Of a stretch of DNA of 64,000 bases, positions 62,679-64,000 are shown in pieces. A model generated the notes under the pieces. The model did no database searches. It worked only from the letters and a program-made list of their open reading frames with translations, and was not told the DNA's origin. Source of the stretch: Corythoichthys intestinalis. Taxonomy: Eukaryota. The DNA lies in NCBI RefSeq assembly GCF_030265065.1, contig NC_080406.1, positions 15,785,094 through 15,849,093 on the forward strand, in the 5' to 3' direction. Position 1 is the first letter of the stretch, and each line of letters opens with the position of its first letter. Both the position numbers and the translations under genes were made by a program.

Positions 62679-64000
62679 TACAGTGGGGCAAATAAGTATT
62701 TAGTCAACCACTAATTGTGCCAGTTCTCCCACTTGAAAATATTACAGAGGCCTGTAATTGTTAACATGGGTAAACCTCAACCACGAGAGACACAACGTGA
62801 GGGGAAAAAAAACAGAAAATCAAATTGTTTGATTTTTAAAGAATTTATTTGCAAATCATGGTGGAAAATAAGTATTTGGTCAATACCAAAAGTTAATCTC
62901 AATACTTTGTTATGTACCCTTTGTTGGCAATAACGGAGGCGAAACGTTTTCTGTAACTCTTCGCAAGCTTTTCACACACTGTTGCTGGTATTTTGGCCCA
63001 TTCCTCAATGCAGATCTCCTCTAGAGCAGTGATGTTTTGGGGCTGTCATTGGGCAACACAGACTTTCAAATCCCTACACAGATTTTCTATGGGGTTAAGA
63101 TCTGGAGACTGGCTAGGCCACTCGAGGACCTTGAAATGCTTCTTACGAAGCCACTCCTTTGTTGCCCTGGCTGTGTGTTTGCGATCATTGTCATGCTGAA
63201 AGACCCAGCCATGTCTCATCTTCAATGCCCTTGCTGATGGAAGGAGATTTTCACTCAAAATCTCTCGATACATGGCCCCATTCACTCTTTGCTTTACACA
63301 GATCTGTCGTCCTGGTCCCTTTGCAGAAAAACAGCCCCAAGGTATGATGTGTCCGCCCCCATGCTTCACAGTGATATGGTGTTCTTCAGATGCAATTCAG
63401 TATTCTTTCTCCTCCAAACACGAGAACCTGTGTTTCTACCATAAAGTTCTATTTTAGTTTCATCTGACCAGTCCTCTTCTGGATCATCCAAATGCTCTCT
63501 AGCAAACCGCAGACGGGCCTGGACGTGTACTTTCTTCAGCAGGGGGACACGTCTGGCAGTGGAGGATTTGATTCCCTGGCGGCGCATTGTGTTAATGATT
63601 GTAGCCTTTGTTATTGTGGTCCCAGCTCTCTGTAGGTCATTCACTAGGTCCCCCCGTGTGGTTCTGGGATTTTTGCTCACCGTTCTTGTTATCATTTTGA
63701 CGCCACGAAGTGAGGTTTTGTATGGAGCCCCAGATCGAGGGAGAATATCAGTGGTCTTTTATGTCTTCCATTTTCTAATAATCACAGTTGATTTCTTTAC
63801 ACCAAGCGTTTTACCTATTGCAGATTCAGTCTTCCCAGCCTGGTGCAGGTTTTTCGGTCTTATACTAGAAATATTTTTGGTCTTTGGTTTTTTTGGTCTT
63901 TTTGGTCTTGGCCATAGTGGAGGTTGGAGTGTGACTGACTGAGATTGTGGACAGGTGTCTTTTATACCGATAATGAGTTAAAACAGGTGCCATTAATACA
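62679..64000 (-). mobile_element. Tc1-like family B, copy 3, runs past the window end
   Basis: IR TACAGTGGGGCAAATAAGTATTTAGTCAACCAC at 62679. It is followed by the 3'UTR and then minus-strand transposase sequence through 64000. Confidence 0.8.
63046..63695 (-). pseudogene. Tc1-B transposase fragments
   Basis: ORFs 63366-63695 (…[19 protein letters not shown]…[11 protein letters not shown]) and 63046-63369 ([13 protein letters not shown]…[10 protein letters not shown]…[15 protein letters not shown]) lie in different frames. Confidence 0.75.

Noticed and set aside
1-64000. Prokaryotic-type features (operons, CRISPR, defence islands, rRNA or tRNA genes).
   Set aside because: The sequence has eukaryotic interspersed-repeat architecture, with GT/AG intron signals and LINE, SINE and Tc1 content. 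The only tRNA-like sequence is the SINE head at 17060-17130. No CRISPR-like spaced repeats were seen.

Overview
This window reads as vertebrate (teleost-like) intergenic DNA made up almost entirely of nested transposable elements. I could not support any prokaryotic-style system or any clearly intact host gene. I recognise four Tc1/mariner families (here called A to D), two L2-clade LINE families, several hAT-type non-autonomous elements and MITEs, one tRNA-derived SINE, dispersed repeat families, microsatellites and two short interstitial telomeric arrays.

The features most worth attention are:
- Tc1 family A has three nearly identical copies. Copy 3 (43658..45291) keeps both inverted repeats, TA flanks and an uninterrupted 339-aa DD34E transposase. 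Copy 1 has a premature TGA and copy 2 a 2-bp deletion.
- A full-length L2-clade LINE lies at 33100..37520. Its ORF1 carries SGNH-esterase motifs. Its 1022-aa APE/RT ORF2 is in the same frame as ORF1 and is separated from it by a single TGA.
- Several nested insertions carry target-site duplications that can be read directly. One hAT MITE (53365..54015) also has an uninterrupted empty-site paralogue at about 21220.

The only candidate host sequences are a THAP-domain two-exon remnant (28750..29101) and one short acidic exon-like segment (50351..50458). All family assignments come from motifs visible in the sequence. No database search was possible.
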